A stretch of 32,000 bases of DNA from an uncultured Lentisphaeria bacterium (lineage in GTDB: Bacteria; Verrucomicrobiota; Lentisphaeria; JABSQK01; JAJFLO01): NCBI GenBank assembly GCA_951812855.1, contig OX638337.1, forward strand, positions 180,001 through 212,000, written 5' to 3'. Positions 1 through 9,440 of this stretch are shown one piece after another (position 1 is the first letter of the stretch; every line of letters begins with the position of its first letter). The notes under the pieces were generated by a model that worked only from the letters and a program-made list of their open reading frames with translations, was not told where the DNA came from and did not search any database. Made by a program: the position numbers and the translations under genes.

Positions 1-96
1 CGTTATATAATAATATGACTCCGTAAATAATCAGCCCGGAAATTTCACCTGGACGGGTATTTTTATATGCATAGAAAAATTATTTTATGTCTGCAC

Positions 97-3000
97 TTAT
101 CGAGTCGGGAGACGTCCTGCCTGTGTACCTGCAGTATTTTGATTTCGCATAATTGTATTATTCAGAGCCTGCGAATTTGGCGAATTCTGAAGAGTTATAC
201 CTGTTAATACGTCATTAATCTTATTATCCCGGACAATCCACTGATCATGCTTTGAACCATCATTACTTAAAGCTCCAATCCCGACAGATACGTTATGGAT
301 ATGATTATTCAAAATTCGTATTAACGATGTATCGGTATTCATTGCTCGAATACCATAAGACGGTGTCGCCGCACTTCCCGGGTAATCAGCAATTTCAAAC
401 CCTTGAATTGTCACCCCGCTCACCCCGGAATCAATCGATACTGCTCTGTTGCCAATCCCGCCTGCACCATCGATTTTCGGTGCATTCGCTCCGGCTCCCG
501 TAACTGATGCTGCGGGTAAATCACCTGTAATTGTCAAATCACCCTTTGTAATTGCAATACTCTCGTTATAAGTCCCCTGATTAACGTTTACCCGGCCTGC
601 GTTAATCTGACCGGCACGATCGATACCGTCCTGAATTGTTGCGAATGCATCAATTCCAACCACTGAACTGCCGGCATCAACTGCTGTAAACGGGAAATCA
701 ACTGCGTTACCATTTGATAAATGGGCATAGGCAGCATCTACCCAAATAGTCCCGGGTTTTGAATTCATAAAAAATACCGTTGCAGTTTCTGTATCTTTCT
801 GCGGCGGATTACCATTATCAATTGCATCAACTACAAATGATAACGCAACCGGAGTTGAAAAATCTTTACCTGAAATATTGGTGGTAACCGCACCTGTAGT
901 TGGATCTATTGCAACTGTTACACCGGGTAAATCTGAAACCACAGTATTATTAACTGCATAGCGAACCGTATCGCCTGCGTCATTATCAATTGCCTTGACA
1001 GTGCCTACAGATGCATTGGCAGAATCAGACTGCTGATCTTTGAACACAAAAAACTGTAACGGAGTATCCTGAATAACGGGGGGTTGCTTTAGTAATATCT
1101 CTACCGTTGCTGTATTTGAGGATAATGATCCGTCTGATAATGTATAAGTAAACTCATCCCGAAAATCTGCGGTATTACCATCATGTTCATAGCTGAACGT
1201 ACCATCCGCCCCCAAATTAAAATTCTTTGAAAAACTGGGCGATTTTTCTATACTGACAGTCAAATCAGTCAATAAATTATCAACATCAGAATCATTATCC
1301 CGAACGCTTGTTTTGCCATTAATAAGGCGGGTAACAACACCACCCGGGGTTGTTACGATTTGATCATCATGTGCTATAGGCGCATCATTCACGGCTTCGA
1401 TTTTGATTGTAACATCAGCTTCAGAGATTACACCACCTGCTGTAACTGAAAACTTAAATGTATCATCACCGAACTTATCTTTATTCGGAGTATATGTTAG
1501 AGCTCCGGTCGCAGAATCAAGTCCGGATAACGTTCCTGTTTTCGGTTGATCAACAATAGTAAATACAGTTGAATCGATTCCATCCGTCACATCCGGATCT
1601 GTTCCTGAAAGTGTTATCTGTAATCCGGCTGCCCCGTCAGTGTCATCGGCATTATCTTCTTTCATTTGAACATTGGGTTGAGGATTTGCGACAATTGCAG
1701 TATCAACAATTGTAACCTCACTGCTTCCACCTTGTGCAGAGACAAGAGGAGTTGCTTCATCATAAGGATTTGTTAATGCCCGTGATGTCAATTTCACCTT
1801 ATGACCCTTTTTAAATTTATCAGCAGCCAGACTGGCACCTTCTACGCCGGCCGCTTCTGTCGTCAGATTTTCCCATGTATGTTCATAACCGGATACTGCG
1901 TCACCGTCCGGATCAGTCGAAGGAGTGTCTACTGTTGGAGTTAACACATCAGTGGTTTTTGGAGTAACCGGTGTAATTGAAACAGTGGGTGCCGACGCAG
2001 AACGATCAACATCCTTTAAATCAACATTCCAGACAACGTCCGTGGTTCCCTGCTCATTATCCTTAATTCGGGCAGTAATAACAAATCGCTGAACCTTATT
2101 TCTTTTTCCAGCGGCGCTGTTAACAATTGTATCTGCACTGGTCTGCCAATCAAAAGCAGCATTGAAATTAACATCTTTTCCGGTATTGCTGTCTGTCTCT
2201 GCAGAAGTACCATCGACAAGCCATTCAATATCGGCGATTGATCCCGTGCCGGATGGATCAGCAGAATCTTTCGCGGTCAAAGAAAATCTGAGCGTATCAC
2301 CTTCAGATTTATCTGTAATTGCCACTGCAGGGTCCGGCGACGGTGAAACAGGTTCAGGCGGAAGATTATCTTTTACCTGTAACGTAATTGTTCCGGGTGC
2401 GGAATCTGCGACAGTGTCATTGACGGTGTAGGTAAATGTATAATTGTCTCCATCTGCAGCGTTACCCGGTGTAAAAACTGCACGGCCGGTGGTTGAATTT
2501 ACTGTTATCGTTTCACCACCCTTTAAAACTCCTCCGCCTGCTAATGCCAAATCAGAATTATGAGAAAATGTTAATGTGTCCATATCACTGTCAGTGCCGG
2601 CTAACATAAAGTTTTTCTGTAGTCCGGCAGATACAATTACCGTTGCGTCCTTACCCACAGGTGCAGTATTTCCAATTGTCACCTGTGCTTCTATTGAACC
2701 TGTACTGTCAACAGTCCCGTCATTTGCTTTGACAATGAACTTAAACACATCCCCCCGGTCAAATTTCGCCGGACTTCCTGATAATTCACTGAATCTCAAT
2801 ACGGCATCATTATTATCGGTTGTTATTGCTGCAAATCCGGAACCCGTATCTCGTTCCCATTGATATTTAAATGACGTGGTATCATCTGGATCAGCATCAC
2901 TCTTCACAGCAGCAGATGTATTCGCCGTGAGTATACTGTCAAATACAGGGTCTGAAGGATCAATGGTTACACTGCCTGTAATTTCAGGAGCTGTATTCGA

Positions 3001-5589
3001 TATTGTCCGTTCAGCAGTCTCAACCATGTCCGTACTTTCAAGACCCGCTCTGTCTTTGGCTTTGACGTTAGCTTTTAAGATGTCGCCCTCTTTGAAAGCC
3101 GTATTACTCAAATTCACTCCCGTCGCTCCGGGTATTAATAAGAACCCCGAGTCAGTCGGACGTTTTTTATGCCATGAGATTGACAAATGATCTGCTTTGA
3201 CAGTTCCTGATGCAGTAAAATATGCATCATCACCGGGATCAGCATCAGCAAGTTGAATATTTGTCACATCAATAGTTAACGTGCTCCCTGTTAATGCAGG
3301 ATCAGGTGTAAGCGGAATCGTCACACTTCCTGAATTCGAGATTGTCGGTCTTGTGTTCTGAACCGTTAAAGCAGGGGCATTAACTGCAGCTGCTGCAGAC
3401 TGACTGATTCCGTCAAAGGCAAAAACCTCACACGTCCAATCTCCGCGAGTAACCGGTGTTATAACATCAGCATCGTCATCATCAGCAGATGTTTTGCCAA
3501 TTGTGCTTGTCGTACCCGCAGCTGCCGGAGTACGTCCCGCTTCTGTTCCGTCCTTTTTCCAAATAAAAATATACTCTTCAGCATCGCCAAGATCATCCTG
3601 ATCAAAGGTGGCGTGCGGGGTTACAACAGCGGTTAAAACTGCATTGACATAGGCCGGGTCCGGTGCAGATGTGACTGAAACTGATGCCGGTGAATTGGGT
3701 GCAAGATTAAATCTAATTGTAACCGTACCCGGAGACACTGACGTTAATTTGGTTAATTGCTTAACGTCCATTCCGTTATCACGTACATTAAACTGAAAGG
3801 AGGTTCGCTGAACCGGCAGCGGATCTGTCGTTGCCGGATTAAATCTAATTGTAACCTGATTATTTACAGCATCTAATTGACTTCCGATCGCAAGTGCTCC
3901 GCCGCCGCTGTCAGTTATAGTTCCAACCGCAGCATCGGGTAAACTGACAATAATAAATTTTTCAATCGCACCGTCAACATCTTTACGATCACTTCCGGTC
4001 AAAATTATTTCCTTATAAGACTGTGATGCCACATCCCCGGGGATTATGGAATGCTGCTGATTATGAGCAACCGGTGCATCGTTAACCGGATTTAAGTTGA
4101 TTGTAACATCAACGGCATCAGATGTATTGACACCATCTGAGACTGTAATTCCTAAAGTCACAGTCGTTGACTCAACAGTTTCCAAATCAAGAGCAGTTGC
4201 ACCGACACTTATCTGTCCGGTTGCAGAATCTATTACAAAACCGGAAGCAGTACTCGTGGCAATCGCAAAATTAGTAAAATTCCCTGCTGTAACTCTATTA
4301 TCAGTAACCTGAACAAGCCCGCTTCCAGCAGTATCAGTAACGTTTGTATTCGCTGCGGCATTTTCATCTACAGTAAACAACTGACCTGCGGTAATAACAG
4401 GTTTGACTGCATCAATAACAATCGCACTGCCGGATGCTAAATTTGGAGACGGAAGTGAAGCTAAATCAGCATTGTTACCTGCTGCATCTTTCAACGTGCC
4501 GGAAAGAAGGACTAATTCTTTTACGTCAAGATCAGCGGAATTATGGCCTGACTGGATCGGATAACTTCCTGAAAAAGCATTTGTCAAACTGAAATCTGTC
4601 AGTACAACTTCCGCATCATCAGTACCGGTTTCAAAAATTATTCTCAGACTGCCGCCTTGAAGCTCTACAGGTTCCGATACATTAACAGTAAATGCAATTG
4701 AAGTACCAACCGTATATACGTCGTCAGCTGTGCTGGAAGTAACAGAGGTAATTGTCGGTACAACAGCATCGATGACAATTGCTTTACTGTCCGCAATATT
4801 TTGTCCGTCCGGAATCGCTAAAGTACCCGATGTATCTGTATTTGCAGTCGGAGTATTCGTGTCCTGTATTGTCCCTGTGAATGTAACGCTGTTTGCAGTA
4901 AGAGCTGAGGTTTCAAATCCACTCGCTATAGTAAAACTGCCGCTGACACTCGTTTGAGCATCAAATGCATTGAAAGAAACAGTTGCATCGGTGCTTCCGG
5001 TTTCCAATGTTACGACCAGGGAACCGCCGACCAGTGTCGTTGCTTCACTGAAATTAACCGTTACATTAACCGAATCGCCGGCATTACCGGCATTATAAGA
5101 TCCATCAGCTGTCGTCGAAGTAATGGATTTTATTGATGGGGAAGTATCATCTACTGTACTTAATGATAAAGTATCTTGGAGATTGCCATAGTTCGAAGTG
5201 CCAGGTACAATTGTTAATGTTTCATTTATTAAAAAATTATTATTCTCTCCGTCACAAAATTCGAATCTAACGACCTCCCCCGGATTCGCGTTTAGTGCCA
5301 TATGAGAAAAAGCTTTATTATGTGGTGAGGCAATAAAGTTGACATCAGCAATACCTCGAAGACTTTGCCCTACAAATGCACCTAATTTCCCTCCAGTAAC
5401 AGCAATCCCATCCATTTTGACATCAGCGAGTATACTGTTTTTTCCGAACGCCGGATCGACAATCGGGACACCAAAGGGACATGATTGGCTGTAAACGGGG
5501 AAAAGTGATAGAAGTGAAGCAATTACAAAAATCATGGAATTCTTTATGCTTGGAAAAAACATATTACCTAAAAATGGAACTTTATTCAT
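97..5589 (-). CDS. Giant secreted adhesin-like surface protein (1830 aa): Ig-like, cadherin-like and VCBS-like repeats with a C-terminal right-handed parallel beta-helix
   Basis: Uninterrupted 5.5-kb ORF with an ATG start. Signal-peptide-like N-terminus (MIFVIASLLSLFPVYSQS). Two tandem Ig-like units. Cadherin-like units end in PVNDAP / AVNDAP, and there is a DNDAGD Ca-site-like motif. Repeated W-containing PKD-like modules are present (IWKKDG, ISWHKK, YQWERD, IEWLVDG). A VCBS-like block reads DNDSDVDN...FSYEHDGN...DEFTYTLSDG. PbH1-like turns lie near the C-terminus (NNHIHN, VRDNKIND, LNNTIMRNQ). Confidence 0.85.
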   Translation of the reverse strand: MNKVPFLGNMFFPSIKNSMIFVIASLLSLFPVYSQSCPFGVPIVDPAFGKNSILADVKMDGIAVTGGKLGAFVGQSLRGIADVNFIASPHNKAFSHMALNANPGEVVRFEFCDGENNNFLINETLTIVPGTSNYGNLQDTLSLSTVDDTSPSIKSITSTTADGSYNAGNAGDSVNVTVNFSEATTLVGGSLVVTLETGSTDATVSFNAFDAQTSVSGSFTIASGFETSALTANSVTFTGTIQDTNTPTANTDTSGTLAIPDGQNIADSKAIVIDAVVPTITSVTSSTADDVYTVGTSIAFTVNVSEPVELQGGSLRIIFETGTDDAEVVLTDFSLTNAFSGSYPIQSGHNSADLDVKELVLLSGTLKDAAGNNADLASLPSPNLASGSAIVIDAVKPVITAGQLFTVDENAAANTNVTDTAGSGLVQVTDNRVTAGNFTNFAIATSTASGFVIDSATGQISVGATALDLETVESTTVTLGITVSDGVNTSDAVDVTINLNPVNDAPVAHNQQHSIIPGDVASQSYKEIILTGSDRKDVDGAIEKFIIVSLPDAAVGTITDSGGGALAIGSQLDAVNNQVTIRFNPATTDPLPVQRTSFQFNVRDNGMDVKQLTKLTSVSPGTVTIRFNLAPNSPASVSVTSAPDPAYVNAVLTAVVTPHATFDQDDLGDAEEYIFIWKKDGTEAGRTPAAAGTTSTIGKTSADDDDADVITPVTRGDWTCEVFAFDGISQSAAAAVNAPALTVQNTRPTISNSGSVTIPLTPDPALTGSTLTIDVTNIQLADADPGDDAYFTASGTVKADHLSISWHKKRPTDSGFLLIPGATGVNLSNTAFKEGDILKANVKAKDRAGLESTDMVETAERTISNTAPEITGSVTIDPSDPVFDSILTANTSAAVKSDADPDDTTSFKYQWERDTGSGFAAITTDNNDAVLRFSELSGSPAKFDRGDVFKFIVKANDGTVDSTGSIEAQVTIGNTAPVGKDATVIVSAGLQKNFMLAGTDSDMDTLTFSHNSDLALAGGGVLKGGETITVNSTTGRAVFTPGNAADGDNYTFTYTVNDTVADSAPGTITLQVKDNLPPEPVSPSPDPAVAITDKSEGDTLRFSLTAKDSADPSGTGSIADIEWLVDGTSAETDSNTGKDVNFNAAFDWQTSADTIVNSAAGKRNKVQRFVITARIKDNEQGTTDVVWNVDLKDVDRSASAPTVSITPVTPKTTDVLTPTVDTPSTDPDGDAVSGYEHTWENLTTEAAGVEGASLAADKFKKGHKVKLTSRALTNPYDEATPLVSAQGGSSEVTIVDTAIVANPQPNVQMKEDNADDTDGAAGLQITLSGTDPDVTDGIDSTVFTIVDQPKTGTLSGLDSATGALTYTPNKDKFGDDTFKFSVTAGGVISEADVTIKIEAVNDAPIAHDDQIVTTPGGVVTRLINGKTSVRDNDSDVDNLLTDLTVSIEKSPSFSKNFNLGADGTFSYEHDGNTADFRDEFTYTLSDGSLSSNTATVEILLKQPPVIQDTPLQFFVFKDQQSDSANASVGTVKAIDNDAGDTVRYAVNNTVVSDLPGVTVAIDPTTGAVTTNISGKDFSTPVALSFVVDAIDNGNPPQKDTETATVFFMNSKPGTIWVDAAYAHLSNGNAVDFPFTAVDAGSSVVGIDAFATIQDGIDRAGQINAGRVNVNQGTYNESIAITKGDLTITGDLPAASVTGAGANAPKIDGAGGIGNRAVSIDSGVSGVTIQGFEIADYPGSAATPSYGIRAMNTDTSLIRILNNHIHNVSVGIGALSNDGSKHDQWIVRDNKINDVLTGITLQNSPNSQALNNTIMRNQNTAGTQAGRLPTR
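4399..5139 (-). repeat. Tandem duplication of a ~120-aa Ig-like domain inside the adhesin gene (about aa 151-277 and 278-397)
   Basis: Both units follow the same pattern: I[KT]S[IV]TS[ST]TAD..Y..G....[VF]TVN[FV]SE......GGSL......TG..DA.V........ and both end in AIVIDAV[VK]P. Seen at protein level; DNA-level identity was not quantified. Confidence 0.6.
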
Positions 5590-5661
5590 AAGTGATTTCT
5601 TTCTAAATTAATGTTGATTCTATTTTATACATATATTATCTATCGAATAAAAAAATAAAAA

Positions 5662-6669
5662 TTATTGTGTTTTAAATATGAATTTTTGGGCATTGTTCAC
5701 CCGAATCCAAAATCCATCTCCTGCTTTAAAAGTTTTGAGTGAATTTAAAACATCAAGTTGCGGCGTATCAAGTTCGGGGTCGTATATATTTGGTCCACTG
5801 ATGACTTTGATTAGATTGGAGCTATTTGCAATAATATCTGCCAGTGCAACCCCAATTTTTAAACTATCGTCATTCAAAACATATGCCACATTATTCCAAC
5901 CTGAATTTAAGCTAATTTCAGTAAGGGGATCAGTAGATCTACCAGATACTGTTAGCGTCGGAGTACCGTCAACATTTACAAAAAAGCCAATGCCGTCGCT
6001 GAGAACTTTTAATGCATTCAATACCTCTAAGGCAGGTGTGTCAAATTTGGGGTCGTAAATTTTAGTTCCACTGATTATTTTATTTACATCATCTATTATA
6101 CCACTAAATACATTTCCGGGTGACATATCATCAATTCGAATATTTAATGAAATATTATTCCAGCCCTGAGCTAATTGAATAACCTGGGTAACTTCAGCTT
6201 TAACTTCAATTGAAAATAAGTTATTTCCTGCGAAATCTCCCAAATTTTTTCCTGCAGATGGAATGGGTGTTTGTATTGCAGTATAAGTGGTGTCAGTGCT
6301 TTTATCCCAGACTTTAAATGTGAATTCTTCGTCGCCCGCATCAAAGACAAATTCACCCGTTGCTGAGTCAATTGAAAATGATTTTTCTTTTGGATTAATC
6401 CCCATTGTTAAATTAACCAATTTTCGACCGCTTACATCAACTACGGAGGAAAGCCCTACAACCTCAGTGCCAGATAAAACTGCCACGACATCATCTGCTT
6501 CTGCAGGATTACCTAAGATTTCTACTTTACCAATTATTGTCATCGGCAAAGGATACCGGACAACGTCTGAATCCGTCCAGGGAACCGCTGAGAATATATC
6601 TAAATTGGTAAATAAAAATAAACTGACTACCCCTGTAATACATAACGATGTCTTTGACATAAATCTCAT
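5662..6669 (-). CDS. Secreted hypothetical protein (335 aa) carrying an adhesin-related N-terminal module and an internally duplicated C-terminal domain
   Basis: ATG preceded by GAGGTG 5 nt upstream. Signal-like N-terminus (SLCITGVVSLFLFTNLDIFSA). It lies 72 nt upstream of the giant adhesin on the same strand. No recognisable enzymatic motif. Confidence 0.75.
   Translation of the reverse strand: MRFMSKTSLCITGVVSLFLFTNLDIFSAVPWTDSDVVRYPLPMTIIGKVEILGNPAEADDVVAVLSGTEVVGLSSVVDVSGRKLVNLTMGINPKEKSFSIDSATGEFVFDAGDEEFTFKVWDKSTDTTYTAIQTPIPSAGKNLGDFAGNNLFSIEVKAEVTQVIQLAQGWNNISLNIRIDDMSPGNVFSGIIDDVNKIISGTKIYDPKFDTPALEVLNALKVLSDGIGFFVNVDGTPTLTVSGRSTDPLTEISLNSGWNNVAYVLNDDSLKIGVALADIIANSSNLIKVISGPNIYDPELDTPQLDVLNSLKTFKAGDGFWIRVNNAQKFIFKTQ
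5671..6183 (-). repeat. Internal duplication of a ~80-aa domain (copies at about 5941-6183 and 5671-5922)
   Basis: Copy 1: GWNNISLNI...KIISGTKIYDPKFDTPALEVLNALKVLSDGIGFFVNV. Copy 2: GWNNVAYVL...KVISGPNIYDPELDTPQLDVLNSLKTFKAGDGFWIRV. Confidence 0.65.
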
Positions 6670-6796
6670 AGATTCACCTCAATTTTATTTAAAATCAATT
6701 AATTAAATTATCATATAAAAAATACAAAGGTAAATAAAAAGTATAAAGTTTCAATAACGATACTATAGAAAACTCATTAATTTAGAAAAATATAAT

Positions 6797-7081
6797 CTAT
6801 CTGGCTAAATTAAACTGAACGCCGTTTGATCCAGCGTAAACCCAGTATCCATTTAAGATTTCCATATTTTTTGCAACTATATCAATTATTCCATCCCATC
6901 CATATAGTAACCCGCCAATTGTTTCAGGCAGGGGATTCGATAATGCAAACGTCTCAGCAGGACCGATGAGGTTCCAACTTTTGCTTAAGTTCTTGAAAAG
7001 GTTACCACTGCCATCTAAAGCAACTGGAAATCCCGGCTGCCGGGTCTGAGTTGATAACCAAACCGGTTTTAGAGATGGCAT
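6797..7081 (-). pseudogene. 94-aa fragment related to the C-terminal domain of the neighbouring 335-aa protein; a probable gene relic, or a small domain-only ORF
   Basis: It contains SWNLIGPAE...GYWVYA, the same GWN...G.G[FY]W pattern as the repeats at 5671-6183. There is no signal peptide. The ATG is immediately preceded by an in-frame TAG, and further stops lie upstream, so no longer reading frame exists. Confidence 0.35.
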
Positions 7082-7258
7082 CTATGGAGAATCGTATCAG
7101 AGAACAACAGCCTGACTTGTTTGCAACGGGCACCGACCCTTTGTCATCATTGGCGGGAAAATCGATTAAAATTTAGCTGATACCGGAAATAATTTCCAGA
7201 TTTTAGTTACATACAAATATGAACTTTTCATTTTTTATAGATTAAGTCCTTAACTGGT

Positions 7259-7287
7259 TTGACAATCTATCAATTCGTCTTACTCTA
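7259..7287 (+). promoter_or_regulatory. Candidate sigma70-type promoter for glmS
   Basis: Perfect TTGACA at 7259-7264. After a 16-nt spacer comes TACTCT (4/6 match to TATAAT) at 7281-7286. It sits about 95 nt upstream of the glmS ATG. No experimental or comparative support. Confidence 0.25.
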
Positions 7288-7381
7288 CTTCTTTTTCGTT
7301 TTTTGTGTTTATAACATTCTGGATTGTTCAGTACGTCAACACACACCAATCAAGTCATTTATAATTTAAGGAGTAAAATTT

Positions 7382-9253
7382 ATGTGTGGTATAGTCGGTT
7401 ATATTGGAAACAGGCAAGCCTCATCAATTTGTTTTGCCGGATTGCGAAGGCTTGAGTATAGAGGTTATGACTCAGCAGGCATCGCAGTAATTAAGGACGG
7501 CGAGCTGACCGTTCGTAAAGTTATCGGTAATCTTAATAATATGGCAGAGTCTTTAGAGAACGAACCTCTCAATGGTTCTCTGGGAATTGGTCATACACGA
7601 TGGGCAACCCATGGGAAGCCATCACTTGAAAACTCCCACCCACATCTAAGCTGCGACGGAAAATTTGCAGTAGTACACAATGGAATCATTGAAAATTATC
7701 AGGAACTGAGGAAAAAGCTCACAGAAGAAGGTTACATATTCAAAAGTCAAACCGATACCGAAACCGTTGCCCATTTAGTTGAAAAATACTACAACGGGGA
7801 TTTACGCGAAGCTCTGATCAAAGCTGTTAAAGATCTCCATGGTGCCTTTGCAATCGGCTGTATTTGTTCGGACAGTCCGGGTGAATTACTTGCTGTCAGA
7901 CGGTTTTCTCCACTTGTCGTGGGGATTGGCGAAACAGAAAATTACATTGCATCAGACATGGGTGCTATACGTGCAGAAACCGATAGAGTCTATGTTATTG
8001 ATGACGATGAAATTTGTAAAATCACCAGTGCAGGGATTGAGATCACAGACCTCGATTCTAATCCGTTAACGCGTGAACCTTATGAAATTCCATGGCCGGC
8101 CGATGCGGCACAAAAAGGGGGTTATAAAAAGTTCATGCTCAAAGAAATCCATGAGCAGCCTGATGCAATTCATGCCTGTCTTGCAGGACGGTTAAGTGCT
8201 GCAGACAAAGCTATCACATTCGAGAACATTGGGTTAACCGAAGAAGAGATAAAGGGATTTAAAAAGGTCATTTTCACAGCCTGTGGAACGGCAATGCATG
8301 CTGGACATGTGGGTCGATTTATTATGGACAGAGTTGCAAAAATTCCTGCAGAGTCCGATTTAGCCGCCGAGCTGCAGCAGCGTGATCCCGTGGTTTTAGA
8401 AAACACCCTGGCGATTGTTGTCAGTCAATCAGGAGAAACCGCCGATACACTCGAAGCACTCAGAGCGATGAAACGCAAGGGTGCAAAAGTGATTTCAGTT
8501 ATTAATGTTGTCGATAGTTCAATAGCACGTGAAAGTGACGGTGTTGCCTATATTCAGGCAGGTCCGGAAATCAGCGTTGCCTCGACAAAAGCGTTTACGC
8601 TTCAAGTTGTTACAATCCAGTTGTTGGCACTGTATTTTGCACAAGTCAGACAGTCATGCAAGACGGAAGAACTGAACAGACTTAAAGCCGCAATATTAAA
8701 GACTCCAGATGATATTAAATGGATTTTAGAACGCGAGAATGATATCATTGAAGTCGCTAAGAAATTTTATAAAATGCCAAATGCTCTTTATCTTGCCCGG
8801 GGCATTAATCTACCATCAGCAATGGAAGGTTCATTAAAACTGAAGGAAATCAGCTATATCCACGCTGAAGCATATTCAGCCGGAGAAATGAAGCACGGGC
8901 CAATTGCATTGGTATGTCCGGAAATATTTATTGTTGCTGTTGCTTGCCAGGGGCCAACTTATGACGAGATGATTGGCAATATAATGGAGATCAAAGCCCG
9001 CAGCGGGCCTGTAATTGCTGTCTCATATGACGGGGATGAAAAGATACCGCTGACAGGAGCAGATCCTGACGCAGATCCAGGTGATATTGCAGCAGGTCCA
9101 AACGAAATGCTCTATGTTCCAGCAACCGAAGAGTATGTATCACCAATAACAATTGGTGTTCCACTGCAGCTGTTAGCATATCATATTGCGGATTTACGTG
9201 GCGAAGATATTGATCAGCCCAGAAATCTGGCAAAGACAGTTACAGTAAAATAA
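7382..9253 (+). CDS. glmS: Glutamine--fructose-6-phosphate aminotransferase (isomerizing)
   Basis: N-terminal MCGIVGYIG with the catalytic Cys2. SIS-domain motifs are present (VSQSGETADT, and the C-terminal DQPRNLAKTVTV). AAGGAG at 7368-7373 lies 8 nt before the ATG. The 623-aa length is typical. Confidence 0.97.
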   Translation: MCGIVGYIGNRQASSICFAGLRRLEYRGYDSAGIAVIKDGELTVRKVIGNLNNMAESLENEPLNGSLGIGHTRWATHGKPSLENSHPHLSCDGKFAVVHNGIIENYQELRKKLTEEGYIFKSQTDTETVAHLVEKYYNGDLREALIKAVKDLHGAFAIGCICSDSPGELLAVRRFSPLVVGIGETENYIASDMGAIRAETDRVYVIDDDEICKITSAGIEITDLDSNPLTREPYEIPWPADAAQKGGYKKFMLKEIHEQPDAIHACLAGRLSAADKAITFENIGLTEEEIKGFKKVIFTACGTAMHAGHVGRFIMDRVAKIPAESDLAAELQQRDPVVLENTLAIVVSQSGETADTLEALRAMKRKGAKVISVINVVDSSIARESDGVAYIQAGPEISVASTKAFTLQVVTIQLLALYFAQVRQSCKTEELNRLKAAILKTPDDIKWILERENDIIEVAKKFYKMPNALYLARGINLPSAMEGSLKLKEISYIHAEAYSAGEMKHGPIALVCPEIFIVAVACQGPTYDEMIGNIMEIKARSGPVIAVSYDGDEKIPLTGADPDADPGDIAAGPNEMLYVPATEEYVSPITIGVPLQLLAYHIADLRGEDIDQPRNLAKTVTVK

Positions 9254-9284
9254 TCAACTGATAATTGTAATAAACTCATAATAA

Positions 9285-9325
9285 ACAACAAGGGCGGAAT
9301 TTTAAAATTCCGCCCTTGTTGTTTT
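9285..9325. terminator. Bidirectional rho-independent terminator between convergent glmS and the GltD/DsrL-like gene
   Basis: Perfect 38-nt palindrome ACAACAAGGGCGGAATTTT/AAAATTCCGCCCTTGTTGT at 9285-9322. It has a GC-rich stem core (GGGCGG/CCGCCC) and is followed by TTT on the plus strand and by a T-rich tail on the minus strand. Confidence 0.8.
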
Positions 9326-9440
9326 GGGTATTCAGTTGAGAATTACTAAAAGATACAGCTCAGAAATTCACTGCAACAGTTGAACGTCGACTCTTTGTTC
9401 CGGCTTTCTGATTATTGCTCTGAATTCACGCGTTACAAAC

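Noticed and set aside
252-5136. Nine plus-strand ORFs of 60-104 aa (for example 252-503, 2162-2431, 2576-2863, 2876-3190, 4730-4957) inside the adhesin locus
   Set aside because: All lie antisense to, and fully within, the continuous 5.5-kb minus-strand ORF. Their low-complexity Ser/Thr/Val-rich translations are typical shadow ORFs of a repeat-rich gene.
5590-5661. dif-like sequence (TTTTATACATATATTATCTATCG) in the AT-rich spacer upstream of the adhesin
   Set aside because: Only the central TATATTAT resembles known dif cores, and the outer Xer-binding arms do not match. The resemblance is expected by chance in this AT-rich spacer.
7082-7381. Possible glmS ribozyme or other riboswitch in the 300-nt region upstream of glmS
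   Set aside because: I could not find the conserved glmS ribozyme core or pseudoknot sequences. The region is AT-rich with no obvious stable structure. An Infernal scan would be needed to exclude it formally.
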